From assembly GCA_051294905.1 (NCBI GenBank), contig CM119372.1, positions 33,544,001-33,608,000 on the forward strand: a DNA stretch of 64,000 bases. The letters are read 5' to 3'. A model generated the notes under the pieces. It saw only the letters and a program-made list of their open reading frames with translations. It did not search any database and was not told where the DNA came from. Source of the DNA: Botryllus schlosseri. Taxonomy: Eukaryota. A program made the position numbers and the translations under genes. This document shows positions 26,901 to 39,977 of this stretch, piece after piece (position 1 is the stretch's first letter; each line of letters starts with the position of its first letter).

Positions 26901-29900
26901 CCACCTGGAAGACCTTCGCGTACCACTACTGGTACGCGTACCGCAGGTTGGGAACCACTGATTTATACAATACTTGAGGAACTGGGTAGCTGTCTAAACT
27001 CGAAACATCAATAACGTTTGAAAATACGATATCGTATTGGATCATTCATTGGATAACTCTTTCCAAAATCTAGATGAGGAGTTGCATTGGAGAACGCTTT
27101 TGCTTTGTGTCCAAGAACCATTCTGAATAGGATGTTGCGGGGTAGTGTTCACTGTTCATTAATCAGAGTATACGGCCGTCAAATATTGCATCGTAATTAT
27201 AGTGCACGCCATTTCGAGTCTATACTGGAGACAGTCAGCGACGCCGTTCTTCCGTCTTTTGGGAGTAGTTCGGTTAAAAGGCAACACGTACTCAACTGAC
27301 GTTAATTGTTTCTTCTCTATTCTTGTGCGTGTTACGGGCATTAGGGAATATGACTCGCTCCTTCTCTCTCTCTCTCTCTCTCTCGGCACTAGTGGATAAA
27401 GGGAAATAATCGTTCACATAAACCAGGAGTGGGCAAACTTTTGAGCTCGGGGGCCGCATTCAACGTCTGAATCCATTCGCGGGCCGCACTACATAAAATT
27501 GCGGCTATAAACCAAAATACAATATTGGTATTTGATTATATAGTGAGGACTTGGATATAATATATATGCTTATTTAAAACAATCCAAACATTGCTTTGAT
27601 GATATCGTACACGCGTCAGAACCGTGGCGAGATTTCATACACTGGTCGACCCCAATAACCAATTTGTCAAAACTATAGATATGAAAGTCGGTTGTCCCGC
27701 TTCTTAGAACAGGATTGAAATTTAAATCTGCGTGTAAATCTGTTCATATATTTACTATAATTCCACTTTGGGTTCAATTTCAGGACACAAAATTCTGACA
27801 GCATCATGACCAAATTAGCTTCAAACACGCTTATGTGTAGATAACATATAAATACCGTAATTCTACGCATACAGAGAACGAATCTACCTAAAACACGCAC
27901 TGAAATAATTAAAACTGGAGTGGCCAGTCTAAAATCACACTCGTGATCCGAATATGTCAATCTCGTTTAGGATTTCTGTGATGTTTAGTTGAAACCTTTG
28001 AATCTGCGTGGGCGTTGAGATCGGGCTGTCGCGTCAGAAATTAAACATAAAATATAATCTAGGAAGTATATCACAAAACGCAACCAGGATGCTAGCAAAC
28101 CTAATGAATAGTTTGATGGCATGGAAGGTTACGACTGTGGACGAAAGCTCTTTAAATATGAAATTCAGATTAGATGCAGAGCAATAATTATGAGCGGGAT
28201 ATAAATCGCGCAGAGCGCGGAATATTTTTAATTGAGCTCCGCAGAGCGCCCTCTTCAGATGCTTTCACGCTCCAAGGGGGGTGCGCCCCCAGTTTGGGAA
28301 CCCCTCTCTTAGAATTGTCATGGTGAAATATACTAAGAAAAAGTTTAATCAAGTCCCTGCGTTAATTCGATTTTCAGTACGCATTTTATCAATACTTTTA
28401 ATAAGTTTATTTAGACTCTCGTGGACCGCACAGAACGGTGTGGAGGACCGCATGCGGCCCTCGGGCCGTAGTTTGCCCACCCATGACATAAACACTCACC
28501 TCTACTGGGAGTTTCAAGTTGTTTTTCTCCAATAGCTTGTTGATATATGGACCGCAAGTGAGAATAACGGATTGGCAGTGGTATGTATCCTTTACTGTCT
28601 TCACCGAAACCTTTTCTCCATGCAAAGGTTTTACAGAAAGTACCTGCTCGGATTCGCGCAACTCAATTCCCTTTCGCAACACCAGGCTCTGTAAGAAGTG
28701 GAGAAAAGGAAATGCTCAGATGTTTTCGCCAGTTATTGATGACAGGAAAGCAAATGTTTGTGATATTTAAGTTTAGAGATGTGCTAACACTGCTATTAGC
28801 CATAACACATTTATTGATTTGCATTGATTTGTACGCGAAATGGAGTGATTGACATCTCCTGCCATGTAATGATATGATGCGCGTAGCATCTCGCTGATGA
28901 TAATTACACGTCGTACAAGCGTATGGTTCTTAACCTGGGTTCAAACGAAACCTGCGGGCTCACTGAGCTAGTCTCAGGGTCTCAGACACACACACCCGAC
29001 GACCGACGTATGCTAAGTAATGACATGTCCAACTGGCTCCCATTAGCAGTAGTAAATTAGACTCGTACAGTAGGACTAGTCGAATTATGACTATTGCAGT
29101 GGTACGTCGTGTGTAGTGGCGTATGCAGGTAAAGCTGGTGTTCGAAATCGACACCCAGTGAAAGTTTGGGGTGACCTGTAGTGAGCACTGGCAACAAGAC
29201 AAAACATTGACGTAGGGCAAAAATATGGAAATATCTTATATAGAAAGACAATGCAGTAGGTTTTATAGTTAATAGTTGTAGTTTAAATATAGGACTTCCA
29301 TTGACCTCTTACACTATAGTCCGTTGGGGTCCAAGGGGTGCATGGACCTCAGGCTAACAAACCAAAGTCTCCAAAGACAGATAGGCCTACCTAAACGGTT
29401 GGTAGCACTAACCAGTGCTAATACATCAAATCGACGCATTAATGCAGGCATTGCATCGTACATTAGGGTACATTACAACGGAGCATTTTAAAGATTTTCC
29501 AAATTTTGGACAACCCTATCGTACAGTCATTAAAATGCCAGCTTATATGGTGACATTTTCCGTAATCCTTGATTATTTTTAGTATGCACTTCTAGTTTCT
29601 TAGCGACTGAAATGCGACCCGTATTTGGTTATGTCCGCAATCCACGATGCACAATACTCATACGTTTCCGGTAAACGATATTTAAACTAGCTGGCTACCG
29701 TTTCGAAGGCTCGTTTTCGTATTCACAACATTCACACCTCTCACCAGTTGCTGGCCATCCAAAGCGTGATTCGAAGCTCTACACTAACAGCGATACCGTC
29801 ACAGAGAACCAGGGCTAAACTTGGTGGTATAGTAAACTCTTACCCGTAGTGCGCCAACGCACTGGTCCGCAAGTAAAACTCCAGAGTCAGCATCGTGAAT

Positions 29901-32900
29901 GCCTCTGTGCATCGAATCAAACATCAAACCCGGAAACCTTTTCCCGATTTTATCGCCCGACACGACCTCATGATTAACTTTATGAGTCTCCAGGTTTTTA
30001 AGTATTGAATGAAAATCATCCGCACGCTTGGTTACGTCATATACGGTTAGCAATCCAGTCTTGCTGAAGACAAAATTTTTCCGATGAATATAATAAGCAG
30101 TATGAAGTATAGTGATGGTAGCCCTACTACTGTTTTATTTAAGTTCCGGCCCGATCACAGACGTATGGAAAGGAAAACTTTTGTGGATGAAAAACACAAT
30201 TTACCAAATTGAGAGTAAACCACAAACGCACCCGCAATTATAATGTATAGCTAATGTCGTCTACTCAATACGCAGAGATTAGGCATGCAAAAACATTTCG
30301 ACCAAATCGAAGCGAACACACTGCAACAAAATCTAAACATATATGGGCAGTAATCCCAATCAAAAGATCCAAATCAAAATATGTTTCCGTCTGCTATGAC
30401 GCATACAGAATTCATCAATATGATATAGCCTTCTAGTTACAAGTGTAAAACCGCGATGTTGGTAAGTCGTGTCTAACTCCAAGCGATCTCGGACACGTCT
30501 GTAATCTTCTCATCCCGTCTTTGCATGTGGCCTCGAACAGATGTATCCCAACTAACAGATCGCTTTATTTAGCGACTACCAGCGAAGATCTGATTAAGAG
30601 GGGATATTAAATCATCTATTGCTTGATTTTGTTGAAAATGCACGTGAAGACGGCTTATTCTGCATATGACGCGGAAGTTGACTAAAAAAAGCAGAAATCG
30701 GTTTTCCGAGCACCAATTCGGAAAAATGACTTTTCGTTTTTAGCCAATTCACCAGCGATCAGAGTTTGGTGAATAGATTTCCCGTTGATATGCCCCATTT
30801 TTTGGAGGGGGGGGGGGGCGAAACTTTGCGTCGTACTTGATAAGAGGGCGACGAGTCGAAAAAGGTTGGAAACCACTGGCTCTAGGATATAGGGATAGTG
30901 CGAACCCCTGAAAGGTTCTGGTACCTTTTTCACAGGTACTGCGTGAACGCTAACGTGAACACGAACCTATGACGTCACGTGACGTCATGTTGCTAATTCC
31001 AACCCTTCATTTCCGTGAAGTAATATATTAATGAAGAGGATAACTAGCGCCAACTCAGGCCACATTATGCCGCAATGCAGATGTCATACAGGCTGACTTT
31101 TTAAACGTCACCAAATGTATCAACTGAAGGAATCAAATGCTATATTAATTCCACAACATCATTATCTTCCGTGGCTTTGCCAACAATTTCGACCAGGACT
31201 CGGCAAGACCGGACATATCTATTCATCGGGTTCTCTACTTGCGGCAGATAATATCTCAAAAACAAGTTTTACAGCACCCAACACCCCAATCGGACGGATT
31301 TGGTTTTTATGATACAATTCGGATATCAAAACAAGATAGATCCCGTACGCCTGTTAGATTTTTTACATTTGACATTGATGCATTCTTTATATCAATTTTC
31401 TTGATGTATATAATTGATTGGTTGACTAAGCGCAATATAGAGATTCAATAAAAGATAGAGTCGATTAAATAGCGAACGTTAAGACATTTCGATCCCGCAA
31501 CGTCGTGGAATGACATTTCAAGCATGACACCTAATGACACCTAATTTGTTTTATCACTATACTTTGACCAATTTTAAATAGACATGGGCAAGGCGGACAG
31601 TTTTATCAGATATCCCGACACGGGTGAAATGGCAGAGTTTCAAAACAAGGGTTATTGATTCCGAAAAGTCGAAGAAATGAAACATCTAAATAACGAAGTA
31701 CGTAGATAGCTATATATTATTGTACGTTTATATTTTCTCATTAAATGGATGGAATTATTCTGGGAAAATTATTATCGTAGCTTGAGAGCCCCTCTACAAA
31801 GCAGCTTCAGTAATTAGGACGATGTCTTGACGGATGAAACCACTCTTTTGTATTAGAAATGCATGGTAATTGTAGAATATAGTAAATAGTAGTTGTTTTC
31901 AAGGCTGTGTACGTGCAGTCGTGCAATTACCACTCCAATCATTGCCGCAAACCAATCAATTCATGCGGGATCGGGGCAGGTACTGGTTTTTCATGCCAGT
32001 GGATGGGTACTAGGAAGATAGCTAGCGATAATCGTGCCAGAGACATCTGCTTTGCGGGACCATAAGTGAAACCAGTAAGGTACGGTGGCACAAAGAGAGT
32101 TTGCGGTCTGAAAATTGATTACCTATATTTTGCGGTTCTATACTTCGTAAGCTACAGAACTAGATAAAACAAGGGAAATGAAATATCTTATGAGTTTTCC
32201 GGACGAATAACTCACATGAATAATTTTTTCCGTGCATGATCTTCTAGTTCTTCCCATTTACGAAAGGATTCCGGCATCAAAGCTGCGTATTCTGGTTCGC
32301 AATATGAGGTGCGCGTGATTCTTGATTGGCCGTGAGAGCTTCCTCGTGTATGCGGATAGGCGAACTTCAAAGAGAATTTCACATAGTGCAATGTGCTATG
32401 TCCAGAAGAGATATGTGGAAACACGGAGTGGAACCAGTGATGTATATTACAAAAGTAGTGCTTTCCAAATCAGTGCTGGGATGACTCGCATCTCAATTGT
32501 AATATAGGTCATCCTCCTACCATGAAAATTATACATAATTTATAGAAATAGGCATTTCGGCATCGTTCATTACCGCGTCACGACACACCAGCACATATAA
32601 AGTTTCGACCAACAGGTGACAACGTTAGAGTTACCATACGTCCTCTTTTAGGAGGATTTGTCCTCTTTTTTGACTTTTTGAAAGTGTCCATGGAGGACGC
32701 CTAAATGTCCTCTTTCTTGAGAATTTGTGCTTTTTTTGAAATTAATGTTAAATGTACGTGGAAATTGGAATGAGATGTATAGTAAATCAGCGATCAAGTG
32801 ACGGTCCGGCGGGCTTTCCGGGATTTGAGCCAGAAAAATGGCCTCTTTTTGTTTTTATTTTTTATTTTTGTTGTCACCCAACGGAAAAACGCATAAAAAT

Positions 32901-35900
32901 TGGATATATCGGGAGTTGAGCCGGAAAGTTGACCTTTTTTTAGTCAACCAAGCACAAAAACGGGACTTTTACCACTTTTTCCTGATTTTACTCCAGCATT
33001 CCAAGTCTCAAAATGTTAAAAAAGTGTCCTCGTTTCAGATTTCCAAAATATGGTAACCCTAGACAACGTGAAGTATGCTGGCAAAAGTTAGGCGCCGCGA
33101 AAACCTTGACCAAAAATGACCGCCATCTGTTTACCGAATACTTCGATATATTTATGTCCATTGTCAATCCATTGTCTTAAGAGCTTGAATGGCCGGTGAC
33201 GAATAGTCCAGTCCTTGCAATCTGAACACCTTGATACAACGCATGCGCATCGTCATCTAACTTTATATTCGTTTTCCGATTCTAAATAAAAGCCGACTCA
33301 ATCTGTGTTTCGATCAGATAACAAAATTAACTTTGTGATATGTCTCGTACTTCGAAAATTCAACCAGACTTGACTAGAGTCACCTCCAAAATTCGAGTGA
33401 CATAACCTGACTCGAGTCAAAATCAGAAATTGCTCGACATTACTTGTGACTCAAAGATATCCATGATCGAAATTACGTGTGGAAAATGCATAGCAGCTGC
33501 ATTAGTGAGAAGGTATATGCTCTGCACTACACGGAACCATCGCAACTCCGCAATTCATACTGCACCGTCGGTTCGGAAATTCGATAACTCGTTGTTTTAT
33601 TGCTATGAGATTGTCCTATTCTTAGGCCGTCAATCGATGCGGCAGATTATTTTGTGTCACACCATGTATTGTGTTTCACTGCGCTGCACTGATATTGTAC
33701 GAGTTGACATTGAGTGACAATCACCAGTGGAAGCTGTAATGTGAATGGTCCTTACAAAATGAATAATCGCATTTAATATCCATTTCAGTTAGGGGTGGGT
33801 AAATTAAGCTGCGAGCCGAGTCAAGAATTCGAGATACCAATTATTCCGACGGCATACATAGTGAGAATGAGTTTCAAAGTCAAAATTTATACTCGTCCCA
33901 CAATGAATATTTTCATATTCGTTATCCGTAACTATATGGCAAATCGCTTTCGTTTGATGTTGCTACTCCTGAGTGTCGTGATCATGAACGTACATAGCCT
34001 GATGCCAATAAAGCCGAAGGAGGTTTAAGTGCTTCCACAATAAGAAAAAGTGTCGAAACAATGCTTTAGGGCAGGGGTGGGCAACCTGTTGCCTATGCAC
34101 GGCCGCATTTAGATTACTTATGTAGCCTACGGCCGCATTCCTGTGATTGAGCCGTAATGAACTAACTGGGCGTCAAATACCCATGTTATACCGTCCATGT
34201 CCATTTCAGTTGAACTCCAGACTTATCTAATTTCTCATATCGGCTTTATATACACGCCGACATCGCGAGTGGCCATGTTTTGAATAATCACCGACTCACC
34301 GTGAAAGTGATGGTCGCGATTCAGATTCAGATTCATAATTAAATTTCGTCATCATTATTAGTATACTCACAAATTGCAATCAAATATTTATCCTTTATCA
34401 GCCCATGTGATCAAATCCACTGGTGGAGTTCATAGAGGTGGTGTCTTCCTAAATTTCGGGCAGTTGGTATTGGTCACTTTGTTGCATGCTATTATTTCCT
34501 GACCTTCCATCAGTGAGGTCGGTAGGCTTAGCGGAAATATATTGGAATCGCCTGAACCAGTGGTTCCCAACCTTTTTGGGTGTCGGGGTCACATTTCAAA
34601 CTTCAGAGTACGAATGGGCCGCATGAAAACACTCAAGTATAGGCTAGTTGTAACGAAAATTTAAAGGTAGCTAGCCTACCTCAGCTCTCACCATCCAGCT
34701 AATCAAAAACATGCATAGCACATATTGCACATGGACTTCTATAGATTCTATATCGGTAATTATAGCATTGATACAAGCAAATTGGCGAGTACTATAATGG
34801 CGTGATGTTACAGCTCTCATACATTCCTGCACTTTATGCACTAGTTTGCGGGGAATTATACGCTGAACAATGTTGGATTTATTGCAATTTATACTTGTCT
34901 ATGAGCCTGTACTTTGATGCTAGTAAAATATTGTCGAAATTTACTCCTCACAGTGACGTCATATAACGGTATATGACCAGCAGAACTCAAGATACATCGT
35001 TGTCAGACGGGTATTCATCCATGCGTTCGACGTCAGTCTGCAAGAATTCTTTTTCCCAATTACCAGAAGCGGACTTGGACGGCTTTAGACATAACTAATG
35101 TCCCCCATTTTAGCATTCATGTACAGAAATTGCCTATAGCTATTCATAGAAACAAGCAACAAGCGTCCTCTATTATATTTTTGTGGCATATCTAGAGGTC
35201 AATCAGAGCCGCAAGAAGGCTTTCTTGGAGCCGCATGTGACTCTGAGAGCGGCGGTTGGGAATCACTGGCATAAACGTATCAGAAACAAATTTCTTTCGT
35301 GAGAAGCACACTATACCAAGTAGGTATTTCTATATAGGGCGCATCATTTTTATCTGATGTTGACGTCTGTACTGTGGGGCTCCGATTGGCAACAGCGCTA
35401 CTATGAAGTATAGCATTGAATCGCGTCCAGCGCGAAGAGAATTCCAAGATTATTTAAAATTCAATTAATCAAAATTTCAATTTACCCGTTGACGGCCGCC
35501 AACACATACTAATTAAATTACGTGTCACGGCCGCACAAATTTCCTTCTGCGGCTGCAGGTTGCCCTCCCCTGCTTTAGGGTGTCAATTAACTGTTCGTCA
35601 ATGGAGGGTGCTATATAGCTTTTTACTCGAAAAAAATGGACTCCTACTGCTCCACTCGAAGTAGCATTTCAATCAATGCTCGACTGCAATCCGAGTTCCC
35701 GAATCGTTATGCTCAGAACTCATTTCAGTGATGAAGTGATTTGATTGATACATTGAGACGAAACCCATGCAAATGTAGTCGCAATGATAAATAGTCCCCC
35801 GTTCATTCATTATTTCGTGCGTGGTAGCAACAACAGGGAATCCCGATCACCTGTTCAAAAAGTATCGTCTTTGTTCCATGTTGTGCAAGATGATAAGCAG

Positions 35901-36023
35901 TCCATAAACCAACAATGCCTCCTCCCACAATAATCACATCCGCGTATTGGTCTGAAATGCAAGGTGATGATTGACGCTATTCGTATTTTGTAATCCCCAA
36001 AATTTTGAGAAATCACCTGTCAT
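20805..36023 (-). CDS. PIPOX: Peroxisomal sarcosine oxidase / L-pipecolate oxidase, 9 coding exons, 394 aa
   Basis: Exons 36017-36023, 35851-35951, 32216-32364, 29844-30063, 28500-28688, 25574-25720, 25342-25512, 21786-21861, 20805-20929. All introns GT-AG and phase-consistent (1185 nt total). Motifs: DVIIVGGGIVG (FAD binding), RGSSHGQSRITR, ESCIYT (covalent-FAD Cys), GFSGHGFK, C-terminal SRL (PTS1). Confidence 0.92.
21786..21861 (-). CDS. PIPOX: PIPOX exon 8
   Basis: ETPDRNFIIDHHPEHRNIVIGSGFS followed by |gtacg. Confidence 0.92.
22123..23071. mobile_element. hAT MITE with GACTT/GACTC subterminal arrays
   Basis: TIR CAGTGTTGGGAT...ATCCCAACACTG; perfect TSD GTTTCAGG. A related fragment lies at ~38240-38400. 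Confidence 0.9.
23834..24397. mobile_element. hAT MITE with GAGTC arrays
   Basis: CAG...CTG ends; TSD CATACAAG/CATACATG. Intact relative of the copy split by the LINE (46026-46168 plus 53363-53732). Confidence 0.75.
24640..24812 (-). mobile_element. tRNA-derived SINE head (degenerate)
   Basis: Minus strand reads CGCAATGGTGG...GGTTCAATCCCCAGCCGAGTC, giving A/B-box-like spacing but no full cloverleaf. Boundaries approximate. Confidence 0.45.
25342..25512 (-). CDS. PIPOX: PIPOX exon 7
   Basis: LGWHIGTPCDPTARD...PALIESCIYT followed by |gtaag. Confidence 0.9.
25574..25720 (-). CDS. PIPOX: PIPOX exon 6
   Basis: LLRVQVTYWK...FPC...YCMPSLEYSGLMK followed by |gtaaa. Confidence 0.88.
25821..26285. 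mobile_element. hAT-type MITE with ATCGG subterminal repeats
   Basis: TIR TAGAGGTCGACCGAT...ATCGGTCGATCTCTA, inserted in a (TA)n tract. Confidence 0.8.
26515..26625 (+). mobile_element. tRNA-derived SINE head (degenerate)
   Basis: A box TAGCGTAGTTGGT and B box GGTTCGAGTCT. Boundaries approximate. Confidence 0.4.
27424..28485. mobile_element. hAT (Charlie/Buster-type) MITE in PIPOX intron 5
   Basis: CAGGAGTGGGCAAAC...GTTTGCCCACCCATG; perfect TSD ACATAAAC. Confidence 0.85.
28500..28688 (-). CDS. PIPOX: PIPOX exon 5
   Basis: SLVLRKG...VILTCGPYINKLL...LPVE followed by |gtgagt. Confidence 0.9.
29844..30063 (-). CDS. PIPOX: PIPOX exon 4
   Basis: KTGLLTVYD...RFPGL...DSGVLLADQCVGALR followed by |gtaag. 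Confidence 0.9.
30889..31430. mobile_element. Truncated copy of the GTTCAC-family hAT MITE
   Basis: Starts TAGGGATAGTGCGAACC and follows the 48470 copy (GACGTCACGTGACGTCAT, ACGTCACCAAATGTATCAACTG). The other end was not found. Confidence 0.7.
32216..32364 (-). CDS. PIPOX: PIPOX exon 3
   Basis: FAYPHTRGSSHGQSRITRTSY...RKKLF, with AG/GT boundaries. Confidence 0.92.
32626..33061. mobile_element. hAT MITE (GTCCTCTTTT family)
   Basis: TAGAGTTACCATA...TATGGTAACCCTA; perfect TSD GACAACGT. Confidence 0.9.
34072..35572. mobile_element. hAT (Charlie/Buster-type) MITE containing a nested MITE at 34558-35268
   Basis: CAGGGGTGGGCAACCTG...CAGGTTGCCCTCCCCTG; perfect TSD CTTTAGGG. Inner element CAGTGGTTCCCAACC...GGTTGGGAATCACTG. 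Confidence 0.85.
35851..35951 (-). CDS. PIPOX: PIPOX exon 2 (GxGxxG FAD-binding motif)
   Basis: QYADVIIVGGGIVGLWTAYHLAQHGTKTILFEQ, bounded by ttcag| and |gtgatc. Confidence 0.9.
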
Positions 36024-39000
36024 ATTTTATCCCTTGGTACGAGTGTTGTTATAGATAATTATATATATTATGAATATAATTATTTATAATATTGTATCAG
36101 ATGAAACGAATTTCTAAGAAGATTGTAGATTGTAGAAACATTTCATTACGCGCAAATTCGAAGAGCAGCCGATGGAATTCAAGCAAAATTATAGTTTTGA
36201 ATAGATAATACTGGTCTACACGATTTTTGCGGGCGCTGAATACGGATCACGTCACGTTTGGAAGAAAATATCTCTATCGATTTTTACTACTTTTTCGGGG
36301 TAGTCAAGTAGATTTGTTCTACTTGCAGTACTTTCTGAAGTTGATATGTTTTCAGACTACTTCCACTTCTACCTGAACGATATTTTGGATAAACTATTTA
36401 CTTTTGCAATTTGGATTTTGAAAAGTGGAAAGTAGTTTTGGGAAAAGAATGCACCACTCTCATGAGTTGCATGATCATTAGAACTGCGTGACACAGCCCC
36501 TCAGAGCTAGGTAAGTGAATATAATTTCGAAGGTTCTACCAATAGGTAATGTCATTATGAACGTTTTGCGTTAGCCGAGAAGATAAGTCTTGCGATTTCG
36601 TAGTAGCCACCTCCGATTAACTGTTAAAAGTATGCGACCACCCTCACCCCAACCAAATATACTTAGATATTCACTGGCTTTTAGTAATTCTCATACCTTT
36701 CATTTCGACTTCCACTTGAAGTAGTTTTCACATGTTTTTGAAATAACCACTTCTACTTGTAATTGAGTAGAAATGTAAGGCGCTACTTGTGCTACTTGAG
36801 TAGCAACGCCGATCACTTCGACCGCCTCTAGTTCATAGTAAAATATTACGACAAATCAGCAACCGCCAAAAATGTAAAGCTTTTTGTATTTAGAACTGGC
36901 GTTTAATCATGCAAAGACTAACAACATGCCTCGGAGCCATTTAAAAACATCACTAGAAATCAACCAATGCTTATCTCTGGCTCTGTTCCAGCATAGAAAA
37001 CATGGTATTTGGTGTTGGCCACAGAATGTCAGATGTCGGGACGAATCGACTGTTCTAGAACCGATGCATATTTATTTCTAATGTGAAGTAACACGCACTT
37101 CAGGTTTCGTGTTGAGCTGTTAGTAAGCAGTCTCCGTTCATCTGGTTGTCCATAATAGACAAGGCAAAAGAAGTCCTTTATATCGTGGCAATAAACCAAA
37201 AGTAAAACAGTTCAGATACAGCTTTCCTCGATTCCGATAAAATGTGATAGTATATGGAAACTGGAGAAGAGCAATTAGCATGATAAGTACAGGCCGAGAG
37301 ATTAATGACGATAAACTCTTTCAAGTTCGCATGATAAGCATTTTTTTTCTTTGGAAAAGCAGACATCCTGTTTCTTTTAATGTCTCAAAACTAGCTTAAA
37401 GGGACAAATATTTGGGTCATGTACCAGAGTGAACAATTCTCTTCTACATAATATACCGACAATACAATGTCTATTGTTTGCAATCTTTTGCGTTTTGCGA
37501 GAGAGCAGTGTGCTGTCACAAAATACATTTACTGATGAAGTCTGCAGGACAGATGTACAAAGATAGATAACGTAGGGAACTAAATTATGTCCGGAGCTAC
37601 TAATCACAATCTTTAAACGAAGAGCGGTATACGAAGATGATAAATGCTACCGACTAAAAATACTTGTATCCACCTCTAAATGTAGGGTCGGAAAGAGGTC
37701 CTGAGTACAATGTTTGTTCAAGCGTGACAACAGGAATTGCGTATCTGTAGGTTAGTAATCTATACAAAAACCAATCAGAATCCTAAGTAAAAATATCATT
37801 GGCTATTGCAATCAAAGAGCACCATGAAAACTACAGATAAACAAACCGTAAACTATGAAATCAAATGAAAATGAAGAGACTTGACACTCCTTTACTGAAA
37901 TGTCCGTCCAGTAGGCTACTGGTTAATCAATGACTCGGTTGGTGCTAAATAGTTCTGGCAATTTTAGTTAGGAACAATTTCTTGATCTCTAAGCTCCTCG
38001 AATTATGAAATCAAGAAATGAAGTGTACTCCTTTTCCTCGTTTTGATGTCAACTAGAACACTTAATCCTTTTCGGCAAGATAAATTGTGGAGTTTTGTAC
38101 AAGAACTTTTGGTGTTTGGATGACCATTGACCATGGCTCTATAAAAACAATTCAAAGCTCCTATCCAAAATGCAGCGTGTTTCCGCCACTGAAAAATGCT
38201 TGCAGGCACAAATCGTTTTAACGAGTATGACCAAGTGCTCGGAGGATCCAAGTCATGACCAAACATTTTCGTTTGACTTGACTTGACTCGAGGTACTTTG
38301 CAAATATGACTTCACTTGACTCAACTCGGCGTATCAGAAATGCGGAATTCGTGTAATCAAATGATCAGTGTCGACTGTATCTTGTACGCGCTCAGATTGT
38401 TAGTAAAACGCGCGATACCATCGAACGAATTTAGTTTATAGGTTTATATTAGGCTACTCGCAAACAATTGGAACAGAATGAAACTGTATCTGTTACAGAA
38501 GAGACTTACAAAATCTTAAATCGTATAAAGTTTGCGAAAGTCTGACAAGCGCTGTTCTTGCGGTGCTTTCTTTGGAATACAAGCATATAGTACATTTCGA
38601 TGAAATAGAGCAGTAATATAGAAAAATAAACCTCCTGCAATATTACCACATATATGCTTTCACGGTCACTTCCTTTCTAGCACCGGCATATCATTGCATA
38701 TCAGTCACTGTAACGTTCGTCATCTTAGTATATGCGGCAGTTGCGTACAATAGGAAGATCCAACATACCTCCTTAGTAATCATAACAAGTTGCGGTTTGC
38801 TAACTCGCCTCAGGTGATTTGGAGGAATTCTGCTGAACAATCCTTCTAATCAAAAATAAGACACTTTTAGCAGTCACGGTACTTGACGGCAGTGGATCTA
38901 TGATCTTCACATTTTCGAATTCAAAATAGAGTAGTTCTGATGCAGTATATGCATTTAGTCTTATGACCGTTTCAAGGACATGTGCAGAAAGGACGACATT

Positions 39001-39583
39001 TTCGAGCAGTCTGTCCAGCCTGCTACATTTAGGCTTCGACATGGATCATGTCACCATTATCATTAGTGATGTTATAGCAGCGATATTGAAATATTGTAAC
39101 GATACGTCCATATGCATCCAGGGTAAATTGCGGGAGCCGTGGTAGAATGTCTCAGTGGAACTAAATTTATTTAACGGACGTAGCGTTATAGATCCAATTA
39201 TTAGGTAGTGATTACAGCTGATACCATAATTGTCAAGTCGAAAAATTGGCTGACATTAATGTACACTTCCCTCTTCTTGAATAGGTCGGATGGCCATGAT
39301 GAACAATGATGGATTAGCATCAACATACGACCCTTTAGCATGAAATACTTTAATATGTAACTCTCCAAGACCAAGTTAACCTCTATCCAACCCCCAACCT
39401 TATCCTAGCTGTAACTCAACCCGCACCATACCTTTACCCAAATGGGCAAGTGTCTCATGTTCACATCTCCGGTGCCAACGGAACAACGGTAAAATCAGGG
39501 ACATTGAACATATATATGCGACGCGAACATTTGATGGCTTATTTGCTGGCATATTCTGCTGCTTTCGCCGTGTCTAGTTTATT

Positions 39584-39956
39584 TAGGCTTACCATACGTC
39601 CTCTTTTAAGAGGATTTGTCCTCTTTTTTGACTTTTTTGAAAGTGTCCTCGGAGGACGCCCTTTTGTCCTCTTTTTTTAGATTTTGTCCTCTTTTTTGAA
39701 AATTTAGGCAGATTTAGAGCAAATTGCGAGTGATATGCCGCATATTAGTACAGTAGTGAAGCTCCGGCGGGTATTTCGGAGTGAAAAACGGTGATTTTAG
39801 CTCTGAGCGAAAAGATGACCTTTTTTTTTTTTTTTAGTCAACCGATCACAAAGTGGGAAAAATTAACCGGTTTTTGAGAATTTCACTCCGGTTTTGCAAG
39901 TTGCAAATTTCTGGAAAAGTGTCCTCTTTTTTGATTTCCAAAATATGGTAAGCCTA
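39584..39956. mobile_element. hAT MITE (GTCCTCTTTT family)
   Basis: TAGGCTTACCATA...TATGGTAAGCCTA; perfect TSD AGTTTATT. Very similar to 60227-60754. Confidence 0.92.
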
Positions 39957-39977
39957 AGTTTATTGATCAGCCTATAT

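Noticed and set aside
36884..39150. Possible exons between PIPOX and the SDR
   Set aside because: No recognisable motifs or consistent splice structure were found.
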